A stretch of DNA of 64,000 bases from Felis catus. Taxonomy: Eukaryota. Under the pieces are notes generated by a model that was not told the origin of the DNA, made no database searches, and saw nothing but the letters and a program-made list of their open reading frames with translations. Numbering within the stretch: the first letter of the stretch is position 1; each line of letters starts with the position of its first letter. This document shows, piece after piece, positions 22,901 to 34,900 of this stretch. The translations under genes and the position numbers were made by a program. The stretch is taken from the NCBI RefSeq assembly GCF_018350175.1, contig NC_058369.1:122450001-122514000 (forward strand), read 5' to 3'.

Positions 22901-25900
22901 TATAATTTCTGTGGGAGTGCAGCTCTCTCGAAGCCTCATTGTGGACTCCCAAGTACAGATCCCCTAGATCAGATGGCCCCTGATAGTTTGGAACTTCCAA
23001 AGGTGCGGTGGAGGTTCTCGAACTTTCACTGTGATCTGTCACCTAGTGAGCTTATTAAAACTCAGATTCCTGGACGCCACCCCCAGAGTCTCTGATTTAG
23101 TAGGCCTGGGGTGAGGCCTGAGAATGTTCATTTCTAGCCAGTCTCCCGGTTCCTGCTTGATGGGCTGGTCTGGGAAGGGTGCCCACTTTGAGAACTACTG
23201 CCCTAAAATTCTGTGCTCCTATGAAATTGCTGGGGCAAAATAGCCTAGTGAAGTAGGCACAGCCACTACAAGTTTTTGACATTCTGGAGAGTACTCCATC
23301 TTCTGGAGATTTCCATCAGAACAATAGAGTGGCAAATTCGTGGAATAGTTCTGAACAAAATGGTTTATACGCTTCTGTGCCCACACTGTCTTATAAAAAG
23401 AAACAGAGAAAGAAGGAAAATAAAAGAAAGGAAATGGCTTCTACCTCTAGGACACTTTTACAAAATTGCTTTTCAAAGCAGCTTCCCTTTCCTCTTCCCA
23501 CCACCCTGATGTGGGCAAAGCAGAGAGGAGATGAGGTCCAGAAATGAGAAGGGACTTGGCCAAGGCCCTGATTCCCCCAGGACATGCAGACTTTCAGTGG
23601 GACTTGGAAGGAGGTCGCCAGCCAGTAACAGCCTGACATGGATTTGCTGGAAGAAAGAATTTGGCATCAAAATGTGGGACAGAAGTGACTCCTTCTTTCC
23701 CTGGGCCTGGCAGACGTCCTCCTCATCCTGTGTCACAGGACTCCAGACTCGAGAAGCAATGGAAACCAGTAATCCCCCACTCGGGGCAGAGCTGTCTTCT
23801 ATGCAAGGGGTCACCCACCCTCTGCTGCTTCCCAGAGTCCCAGGAAGTATGTTTCTGACTCTCTTGGTAAAAAAGAATTGGCCCCAGCTCTTCCAACTCA
23901 GCTGGCAAGGACATGAGGTTGGGAAAGTGCGGAGGGGTTTCTGGTCTTGGTCTCTGCCCTTTCCTCCTTCCTGAGCTCCCCAGAGGTGGCCTTGGCCACA
24001 GCAGGGGGATCCTTCCAGAAACACGGGTTCTGGAGGCCCCTTTTCCATAGATGTTACCTGTTGTACACAATTTTCTGGCCCCTGAATCCTGTAAAAGAAA
24101 AAAACATTCCCATGTGTCCTAATACACCAGGTAAGCTCCCAGAAAGCCAGTCTGGGGACAGGGGACAGCCTGGGGCCACACTCAAGTGCAGGGATGGAGG
24201 CGGAGGGGGCTGCTTGCCTTCTCCCCTCCATGGGGTGTCTGTGGTTCACCCTTACAAACAGTCAGGAGAGGGGAGGATGAAATGAGCAATCATTAAAGGC
24301 TAAAAGGCCCCAGGCAGGGCAAAAACCAATCTAGATTCCACTCTGTAGACAGGAAATGACTCCCTCTGCTTTGGTGTCCTACAAAATGGCCTTTAAAGTC
24401 TATCAAAAGAAAATTAAAGCGCATTAGTGACAGAAAACAGACCTCTAAACCTGGGAAGACAAAAGTTTGTTTTTTTTTTTTTTAAACTTAAATACATATC
24501 TTAATAAGATCTGGCGCTAGGTTAATGGAGGTCTGGTCCTTGTTAATTAAGCAAGCCGTGTGTCCCCTTTGTGCGGATATTGCTGCTGGAAGGCTCGCAG
24601 CTCCCCGTGTATGACAGGAGCTCCTACATCACAGACACCTGAGGTGGTTACTGGACCAGAATCTGGGGGTTGGAACGCAGCGGGGTTTGCAATGATGACC
24701 TCACATCATTCCTTTCTGCCCATTGCAATTTGACAAGTGCTGATGCAGGGCCTAGGCAAGGGGCTCAGGCCTTTCCCGGGTGAACATTTGCCAGTTCCAG
24801 AAGAGGAGGAGGCTGGACTCATCCTGGCTCGGTCCCCTCACCGCTTGTTAAGAGATCTGCAGTGCCTGGTCCTCCCCAGTGTCCTTTGTGTAAAGGCTTA
24901 AGGGCACCAGCAATCCCTATTTTCCCTCAGACACTGGAAGATTTTGTGAACCTTCAGTCACCATGCTTCCTGGATGGGCATATGGGTTTCCAGAAATTCC
25001 CACTGAAGAAGTAATTTTCAAGTGAGAATTTCAGGGTCCTTTTAAATCGTTTCCATGCCTCACTGAGTTTTTGTTCTACTGCAGACATGAGGGTGGTGAG
25101 CCGGAACTGCACTGAGGATGGATGGTCGGAGCCGTTCCCTCATTATGTGGATGCTTGTGGGTTCGATGAATATGAATCAGAGACCGGGGACCAGGTGAGT
25201 ATCTGTCCCCACCTGGAGGTGGTGGGGGTGGAGCCGAGGAGGCCCGTGGCAGGGTGTTCCCAGCAAAGGCCTTGCCTCCTATTGGGACCCCAGGAAGCTC
25301 AGGTCCCCAGGCAGCCCACGAGCACCTGCTGTGTACCCAAGGCAGATACACAGAGGGCAAGACTTTTATTCATTCATTCTGGGCCAAGAAGCATCTGGTT
25401 TGCTGTCTGAGTTCCTCCAGCCCCCACCACATGTCCCCTACCTCTCTGGCTACTCTTCTAGGGTGCTCAACCTTCCTGTGGCCCGACAACTGAAAGGTTG
25501 ATGCTGGGCTCAGCAGGGGGCCTCCTGGACACTTCTCCAGGCTAAGGCTATTCTGATTGGTTGGTGCCCCTCTATTTAGCCAGCGTTTACCGAATGTCAG
25601 CAGAATACAGACACTGCAGAGGGGAGTAAAAAACTCATGGGGGATGGGGTGAGGGGCAGAGTAGTAGAGGGAGAGGAGGCGGCAAGAAAGAAAGGAGGAG
25701 CTGGGTAGTGGTCCCCGAGGTGGGAAAGCCCTGGCCTGAGGGGGCTGGGGGATTGGGGCAAGCCCCGTGTGGAACGCTGAGTGTTTTGTGCTTTGCTCCA
25801 GGACTATTACTACCTGTCGGTCAAGGCCCTGTACACAGTTGGCTACAGCACCTCCCTTGTCACCCTCACCACTGCCATGGTCATCCTGTGTCGTTTCCGG

Positions 25901-28900
25901 TAAGACCCTCCCCCAGCTGTGTTTGAGCTAGTGCAGCCCACCCTAGCTCAGAGCCCTTTCTCTGTCCCCCCCACCCCCCACCCCTGCCCCTGGATATCAG
26001 CCCTGGAGGTCCCTTAGAGGGCAAGGACATTTCCTCCACCCCTAGGCTAACAGATGGGAAACTTGACCCCAGAGACAGCCACTGACGTGTCCAGGGCCAC
26101 CAGCAAGGTAGACCTATGTTCCTCACTTTTATCCTAGATAGACAGGAGGGGAAAGTCTGGCCTCTCGGAATAGTGGAGCCAGGCAACAAAGTCTGGCAGT
26201 GAATGAGGCTTTAGAGAGGTGGGGAGGAGGTGGCAAGGTGGGGACCCCCTGAGACAAAACCGCGGAGTTGGCCCAAAGCAGACCACAGAGTGGAGGGGTG
26301 GAACAGGTTCCTTGCTTCAAGGCCTCTTCCTCCCCTGGCTTGCTGGCATAGGAAGCTGCACTGCACCCGCAATTTCATCCACATGAACCTGTTCGTGTCA
26401 TTCATGCTGAGGGCCATCTCCGTTTTCATCAAAGACTGGATCCTCTATGCGGAGCAGGACAGCAACCACTGCTTCATCTCCACCGTGAGTGAGCCGGGCC
26501 CTGGCAGAAAGGCCTCCTGCCCTCCCAGGACTCCCTTCCCTGCGGCACCCGGTCATCCAGGTGTTTTTCTGCAGGTTAAGGCATTGTCCCCAGTGAATGC
26601 GGAAATCCGGGAATGACCCTGAGGTTGCTAGTAGCCAGTGAGATCCCCGTATGATGTCGTTTCCTGTCCCTCTCTCTGTACATGTACTTGGCAGAACAGA
26701 TGTGGAAGGGAGAGTGGAAATGCCAAGTCCCACTTGCCCAAGAAGGAAACTAGGTTCAGAGAGAGGGCTGGCCTGGCCCCTGGGCATTTAACTAACCCAT
26801 GACAGAGCCAAGGGGCTGCTTGGCTTGGATTTTCTCCAGACTACCTCCCCAATTGTCATACCGTTTGGAGGTAAGCAGAAAATACAGGCTTTGATGGAAT
26901 AAGATGGAAAGAACATCCCAGAGCATAGGGTCTTGACCCAGGAGGGCATACTTGGAGCTGGGGCGGGGGGGGGGGGGCAGTGTCTCTCTGAGATTTCTGG
27001 GGGCCAAGAGCATTCCCCCTTGATGTCCAAAACCTTTATTTTACCAAGGAGCCTCCTGCAGGGTCCTCTGTATCCACCTTACCTGGAGGGGCTGGAGAAG
27101 GAACAGGAAAGACCTGGGAGAATGAGCCTGGGGAGGGGAGAGGGTTCTGTGCTCGCCCCCGGCCCAACTCTTTTCTGGCATGTGTAGAGTTGCCTCCATG
27201 GGCAGCTTCGACTCAGAATCATAGGATGCTACATTTTTAACTCTTCGAATCCAGGAATGTTGAGTCCCTCAGCCCCATGGGGTGTTTGAATCCCAGCATG
27301 TCAGAGCTGTAGGACCTTCAGGATTCTACCCGGTCCTGTTGGGCTGGATTTCCAGGGCTGGGTGGGGGCCAACAGTGGGAGCTTCATGCCTCCCTCACCC
27401 TCCCTGTCCTCTTTGCAGGTGGAATGCAAGGCCATAATGGTTTTCTTCCACTACTGTGTCGTGTCCAACTACTTCTGGCTGTTCATCGAGGGCCTATACC
27501 TCTTCACCCTGCTGGTGGAGACCTTCTTCCCTGAGAGGAGATACTTCTACTGGTACACCATTATAGGCTGGGGTAGGTCACTGGCTGTGGCCTGGACAGG
27601 CTCAGGCCTCATGGCCAGGTACGTCCTTGGTCCCGCGGTCAGGGTGTGTTAGGTCAGAGGAGGGAGGCCCTGTCCTGCCCTGCAGCTGATGGTGTGCTTC
27701 TGGTTCTTGGACCGTTTCTTGCTCTTCCTGCCCATAGAAACCCACCATCAGAAAGAGGTGATAGGCTCAGGAGTCCTTCTGAGAAGTGAGATAGCCCAGG
27801 GTCTTACGGGTACGTGAACCCCCAGGAGGCCCAGGTATGAGGACACTTAGGGTCCCCAAGACTCCAGATCTAAAAGGGAGACCTGCCCCATGGGTCAGAA
27901 CCCCCTGTCTGAGTGGGGACAGCGGCTTCTGGGAGCCCCAAATCTGAGGGGAACCCAGGGCCCGTGGGTTTTCCTGTTATCACCGAGCTTCTTTTCTTGC
28001 TCTCCCAGGGACCCCAACCGTGTGTGTGTCTGTGTGGGCTGTGCTGAGGCTCTACCTCGACAACACAGGGTGAGTACATACCCGAGGGCCAGGGCGAGAG
28101 CCCCGACGGGCCTCAGTGGCTGCTCCGACCTAACATTGACTGCCCACCCCCACACCCTGACCCTACCACAGGTGGACCACATGGTCACATCTCAGCCAGA
28201 ACCTAGTGAGAATGTGCAGGGCTTCGGAGTCCCTTTCTACTTTTGGGCCCAGCTCTGAGTGTCTTTTTTCCTTTCAGGGAGAGGAGGAAGAGTGTTGGGG
28301 GTGAGATCACCCCTCCACAAGCCCTGGGCCTGAAGGGGAAACACGGCCCTTGCCCAGGAGCCCATTGGTGACTCCAACTCTTGTGCTCCACTTCCTGCCT
28401 TGACAGGGAGCAGAGGGAAGTCCCGGGGCACTAGAAGAACCAGAACTGGGCTCGGGTCTGCAAGCATGCCTGAGCACTTTCTTTCCAGTCAGCCCCTCCT
28501 CAGAGAGCTGTAGGGGAAAAGTGCCACAGTGGGGCCAGGGGCATTGTCCTGTGGGCATCCCAGCCCTGAGCTTAATCTCTCTTCTTTCTCTCTGTCTTTC
28601 AGCTGCTGGGATATGAATGACAACACAGCTCTGTGGTGGGTGATCAAAGGCCCTGTGGTTGGTTCCATAATGGTGAGTATCCTTGAGACAAGGAGGGGGG
28701 AAGAGACAGGGCCTGGGCAGAAAACAGGAGAAGAGGAAATACAGAGGTCGCTTTACAAACCATCCTCTTTCCTTTTCATGGCTACATTATATTCTGGAAC
28801 ATGGATACGCAAGTTATTTAGCTATCCCACTAGTGTTGGACATTTGTATTATCTCATTTTTCCTCATAACAAAATACGCTACTTGGAGCAGTTGTGTGCA

Positions 28901-31900
28901 TAATTTTGAGCATGAGTATTTCTTTAGAATAAATCTCTAGAAATGGAATTGCTGGGCCGGAAAGAGTACCTCTTATCATTGTCTGCACTTAAAATATCAA
29001 ACATTTACATTTTTGCATACTCTTCTGGGGAATAATGGTAGCTCATCGTTTTAACGTGAATCTCTCCACATTGCTGGTGCAGTGAAGTATTTTTTTTCCA
29101 AGCACTTATTGAAAATTTGTTTTTATTCTGGTCATTACCTGTTTATTTCTTTTTTGCTCGTTTTTCTTTTGCTTGCTTTGATCACTTGTCTTTCTAACTG
29201 TTTGAAAGATAGTAATGCTTTGTTGGTTAAACACGTCAGTGTGTTTACAAGACTGCATAATTTTATTACAGTCAAACTATCAGGTTTTGTCTTCATGAAT
29301 TCTGAAACTTATTTCTTGTTTGTGGAAGTCTTTTCCCATCCTAGGATATAAAAGTATTTTTAACTGATTTATAACAATTTTATGGGTTGGATTATTATAT
29401 ATATGTCCTTAATTTANNNNNNNNNNNNNNNNNNNNNNNNNNNNNNNNNNNNNNNNNNNNNNNNNNNNNNNNNNNNNNNNNNNNNNNNNNNNNNNNNNNN
29501 NNNNNNNNNNNNNNNNNNNNNNNNNNNNNNNNNNNNNNNNNNNNNNNNNNNNNNNNNNNNNNNNNNNNNNNNNNNNNNNTGCTGTCAGCACAGAGCTTGA
29601 CGTTAGCCCATGAAACTGTGAGGTCATGATCTCAGCCATGATCAGGAGTCGGACACTCAACGGACTGAGCCACTGAGGCACCCCAGTCAAGCTAAATTTT
29701 TATTTCTTTGTCTAATCTGAAATGATATCTAATCTTCCTTAGTTTTTTTCCCCCAGTTGGATAGACATTCCACCCTTTTAATTTTTTTATTAAATAGACC
29801 ATCATTTCTCTATTATGTTAAAATGTTACTTTATCATGAACATTCAATACATTCTTCTTGTATTTAGTTCCAGACTTTCTATGTTATATTACTAATCTAT
29901 TAGGCTATTTCCATGGTGAATGCCCTCTTGTGTTTGTTATTATTAACCTGGTAGCAGGTTTTGAGATCTGGTATGTTAATATCCCTTTCTTTATTCTTTT
30001 TTCCTTCAAAATTTTCTTGCACACTTACTTGTTCAAGTGAACTTTCAAATATCCTTGTCAAATTGCAAAAAAAAAAAAAAGTCTGGTCAAGAGTTTTAGA
30101 GAAATTGCATTGAATTTATAAATTAATTTGGAGAAGTGATTTTCTTAAAAATATGGAATCATCCGGGGCGCCTGGGTGGCTCAGTCGGTTAAGTGTCCGA
30201 CTTCGGCTCAGGTCACGATCTCGCGGTCCGCGAGTTCGAGCCCCGCGTCGGGCTCTGGGCTGATGGCTCAGAGCCTGGAGCCTGCTTCCGATTCTGTGTC
30301 TCCCTCTCTCTCTGCCCCTCCCCCATTCATGCTCTGTCTCTCTCTGTCTCAAAAATAAATAAACGTTAAAAAAAAAAATAAAAAAAAAATATGGAATCTT
30401 CCTCTCCAAGAACATGACATGATTCTCCATTTATTCAGCCTTTCTCATAGAGTCATTTGTATAGCTTCTTAGTTGTCTTGTCCAATTTACCTGCAAGGTA
30501 TTTTCCATTCTGTGCTTGTATTGAATCTGGGACTCATTCTGTCATTGTATGTTCTAGTGGGCTACTAATAGGGAAACTATTAGTTATTGTGTATTTTTGG
30601 TTACCTTTTCTTGGTTACCTTTTTAAACTCTCTTATTAGTTCCTGTCCCTTTTCAGTTGGTTTTCATGGGTTTTCTAGGTAGAACATTACATAATCTGTA
30701 AATGAAAATAATTTTACTCTTTCTAGTATTTATATCATTTATTCCTAGGTTTTGATGGGGATGGTGTTTGCTATATAGTTTTGGGAAGTTATTCTTCATT
30801 TAACCAGGAAAGTTCCTATTCCTGGCTTGTTTTAGTGTGTATTTTTTAAAAATCAGGAAATCCAATATGTTTTGGAAACATTTTCTGGAGTGATCCCTTC
30901 GTGATGGACGTTTATAATATTCCAATTTGTCTTCCTAATGAACAATGCTACAATGGATATATTTGTGTGTATCTTTGAATATGTGTGAATATATCTTTTA
31001 GAATTAATCTCTAGGAGTGGAATTTCTGGGACAAAGGGTACGTACATTTAACATTTTCATAGATATCAAATGAACAGAATACAAGAGTGCTCATTTCTCA
31101 TGTCTCTGTTGATGTTTTGATTACTGAACTATTCACCAATCTTATGGGGGAGAAGGGTAGTTTATTGTTTTAATCTGTTAATGTGACAAATATTAGTAGA
31201 TTTGTTTTTTTTCCCCTGAACTTCCGGTGTAAAACCTTTATGGACACGATCTGTTTGTTCTTTTAATACACTGCTAAATTCTATTTGTTAACATTTTGTT
31301 TGTAGTTTTTGCATTGTTCTTTGTTCTCTAGTGTTAGGTGTGTGGTGTGTGGTGTGTGTGTGTGTGTGTGTGTATGTGTGTGTATTTATATGCTTTCTTC
31401 ATTGTCTGGGATTTGGAGTAGAGTTTTGTTAGCCTAATAAGTAATTTGTGAGGTTTTCTTTTTATTTGCTTTTAAACAAAAGCAAATAAGGTAGTTTGTA
31501 AGTTACATCTTCCCTGAAGGTATTAAGAAACTGGTCTGTAAAGTTATCTGCATTTTAATGCCTTTTAATGCATACATCTTTGACTAGTTTATTTCAATTT
31601 CTCCTAAGGACATTGCTCTACTTAGATTTTCCACATCTTCTTTTAACTTTTTTTAAGTTTATTTATTGAGAGAGAGCAGGGGAGGGGCAGAGAGAGAGGG
31701 AGAAACAGAATCCCATGCAGGCTCCATGCCACCAGCACAGGGCCCCACACAAGGCTCAAATTCATGAACCATGAGATCATGACCTGAGCAGAAACTTGAA
31801 TCAGACCCTAAATTGACTGAGCCACTCGGGCACCCTCTATATCTTCATTTTTTTTTTTAATTTTTTTTTTAACGTTTATTTATTTTTTGAGACAGAGAGA

Positions 31901-34900
31901 GACAGAGCATGAACGGGGGAGGGGCAGAGAGAGAGGGAGACACAGAATCCGAAACAGGCTCCAGGCTCTGAGTTGTCAGCACAGAGCCTGACGCGGGGCT
32001 CGAACTCATGGACCGTGAGATCATGACCTGAGCCGAAGTCGGCCGCTTAACCGACTGAGCCACCCAGGCACCCCCCTCTATATCTTCTTGATTCGATTTT
32101 GTTAATTTCTATTTTCCCATTTTGTTTGATTTTCCCTTGTGATTTAAAATATTCTATACATCTGTTGTCTTGTCCTCCTTCTGATCCCTAAATTTGTTTA
32201 GTTGTATTTTCTCCTTTTGGATCGACTAACATTTGCAGTGAGCAGTGTTCTGTGCTGAATTCCAGGTACTGTGTAGACGCTGGGCTTGTAATGGAGATCA
32301 TTGAGAGAACCCTGACTTCATAGAGCATGCTTTATCTTTCTAATTGATCTGTGGAAACAAACAAACAAAAAAACAAAGCCCCCAAATAAAGATTTTATTG
32401 ATCATCTACCTTTTTCCTATTTCTTTATAATGCATTTTTATCTTTATTAATTTCCTTCTTGTGTAAGTTAAAACTGTGGCACTTCCCCCTAGCTTTTGAT
32501 TTGAATGCTTCATTATATTATTGTCGATATTTACTATGTTTAGTAAGTTAGTGTCAAGTTCTGCATTTTTCTTTTCTCCAGGCACTGCTTTGGCTCCATC
32601 CAGATGATGTCACTGTATGGTCCTTTCATTGCACCTTGTTTCTATTAGTTTGCTCCCTGTCCTCCCCTTTCTGTTTAGAGAGATTTTGTCCCTGATCTTC
32701 ATCTGAAGGTAAATGCTGTCATTGTCGTTCCCAGGCAGCTTTTTAATTAATAATACTTATGGTTGTCCTTTCTGGTTCCCCATGTTCAGTTACTCTGAGC
32801 TTGGAGTTTCTCCAGAGGACAGCTCTCACCTCGGCAGGAGCCTCTTCTCTGTCTGTTTGGCATTGTTTTCCATCACCCCGATCCGATTTGCTTTCTCTTC
32901 TAGAAATTGCCTACTTTTCTGGCTCAGTCATGAGCCAGAAATACTCAGTTTTTCTCAGTGCTCTTATGAAACTCTTTTCCTTCTATCTCTTCTGTCATTT
33001 CAGCAATAGTAAATGGGAGGCAAACAAGTGTTCTCACGTTGCCATCTTGGATTCTAAGTCTAGATGGGATTTTGACTGATCAGAGAGGGTCCTCCTGGGG
33101 CAGCGACAGTCCATGCAGAGGCGAGAGCTGTGGCAAGTCTTTGCCCAGAATCATTTCTGTCTTTTCTTTGCTCTTCAGGTTAACTTTGTGCTCTTCATTG
33201 GCATCATCGTCATCCTCGTGCAGAAACTTCAGTCTCCAGACATGGGAGGCAACGAGTCCAGCATCTACTTGTAAGTACCATTGTGTGAATGCCATAGTCA
33301 CTTCCAACAGCTATGTGGGCCCTGCACCGAGGTCACAGGAGAAGGCCTAGGTTTTGCTGACAGGGTAAACCAGCAGCGGCATTTGCAAGACTTCTTTCTG
33401 ATTAAAGTGCCTTTAAAATGTAGTTGCCTTGCCTATCCTTTAGCCAGCCCAGGAGCTAATCCACATGGTGATCACATGGAAGGGAAGAGAGAGAGAGGAA
33501 GAGATGGTCAGACCCTGTGTCACATGAGGAAAAGCAATATGGAAGACACCAGATTCCTTAGGGTAGTTAGGGTCTTAGTTGTTTCACAGTTGGATTTCCT
33601 TTGGGGGATCTTGGTTCTGTGGGAAGTTCATGAATGCCACTGGATGCACTGTTGCCTGATGTCCCCACCCCAGCCCAGTGGGGCTGAGCAAGTTGCTCAG
33701 CCCCGACTAGCGAACCAGGTGGACATTCTTGCTGGCTATTGGAAGAGGGGATTCTTTCTCTTCTCCACCTTCTTTCAGGGAAGCTCTATCTTCGGGCCTG
33801 GTCTTCCTCCTATAACTCCCTCTTCCCTGACCAGAGGGACAGCTGACATGTTTGACATAGCTGGGGTTCCCCAGGCAACACTTACCATTGAGGGTAGGGT
33901 TTTCTCCACCTCCATGGCTGTTTGGCTTTGCTTCCTACAAATCTTTTCGCAGTCACGTCCCTAACAGCTTGCCCCACTTGCTCTGCCACCCCTCTCCCAG
34001 CCTTCCACTTATTCTGAATCAGACCGGGAAGCTTCCATTTCACCCTTCTTGCCTCATGATCAGGAGAATGACCAGCTGGGTGTGTGGGGTGTGGGGACAC
34101 TGCTGCTGCCGGGGGGGGGAAGGTCGAACCCCTGTGGTTGGCTGGTGGGGTCAGATGGGCACAGAAAGTCTGAGGGCGTTCTCTGGGGTCTGTCCATGGG
34201 CAAGGTGGAAGCCATATGTGTTGCCTCTTTAGTTGTTAAAGAAAAGAGCAGATTAGAAGGAGCTGAGGTATTCTCATGGTGTCAGTGGGGGCTTGGTCCT
34301 GTTTTCATTGGAGACTCCAACCCAGTGGGGCTCAGAACCTTGATGGCTGCCAGTGGACAAGTAGAGCAGCAGAGAGACCCCACCGGAGGGTTCTCCCCAC
34401 CGGCCATTCTCCTGGATACACGGTATGGCAGGAACTACCCAGAGACCCATCCCAGATCCTTAGGGCTTCCCCAGAGATGCAGAACTTGCCCTGGGTCTGT
34501 GTGATCAGCTTGGGCGCCTGCCTTGTAGAAGTCCTTCCCGTGGGGCTGGGGGATCTGCATAGGGCCTGGCTTGGTCAGCCTTGTTTTCCCTGCATTTAAG
34601 GATGATTACATTTCATTGGAAAAGACCCCCTACCTTTTTTTTGTTTTTTTTTTGCTGTCCATTTACTGTCTTTTTTTTTTCATGTTTTTGCAAGTGTTTT
34701 TTGTTTTTGTTTTTTTTACCAACCCCTGCTTATCTGTATGTGTTTATGTAGTCAAAAATTTGTCATGCATACAAGTCATAAAGTCTCTAAGGCCTTGCAC
34801 TGGGGGACCAGTGGGACTGGCTCCCTGTGACTGACTAACTTCCCTAGAGGGATCATTCCTACCTTAGTCTCTAGCACCCACAAAACAGAGCCCTGCCGCT

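Larger units (their letters stand above)
28760..32760 (-). mobile_element. Old L1M (L1MC/ME-type) fragments, antisense, filling intron 12 and interrupted by four SINEs; ends approximate
   Basis: Abrupt switch to T-rich composition; tttctttagaataaatctctagaaatggaattgctggg and similar L1M 3' motifs. Confidence 0.65.

Noticed and set aside
23473-24249. 258-aa antisense ORF in intron 6, the longest in the ORF track
   Set aside because: No recognisable domain, Pro/Gly/Ser-rich composition typical of GC-rich non-coding DNA, and no splice or promoter support
29417-29579. N gaps as sites of hidden features
   Set aside because: Both gaps lie inside repeats (LTR, SINE tail) and all expected coding exons are accounted for
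33281-33964. 227-aa sense ORF just after exon 13
   Set aside because: Not in frame with exon 13 read-through (TAC TTG TAA stops at once) and no recognisable homology
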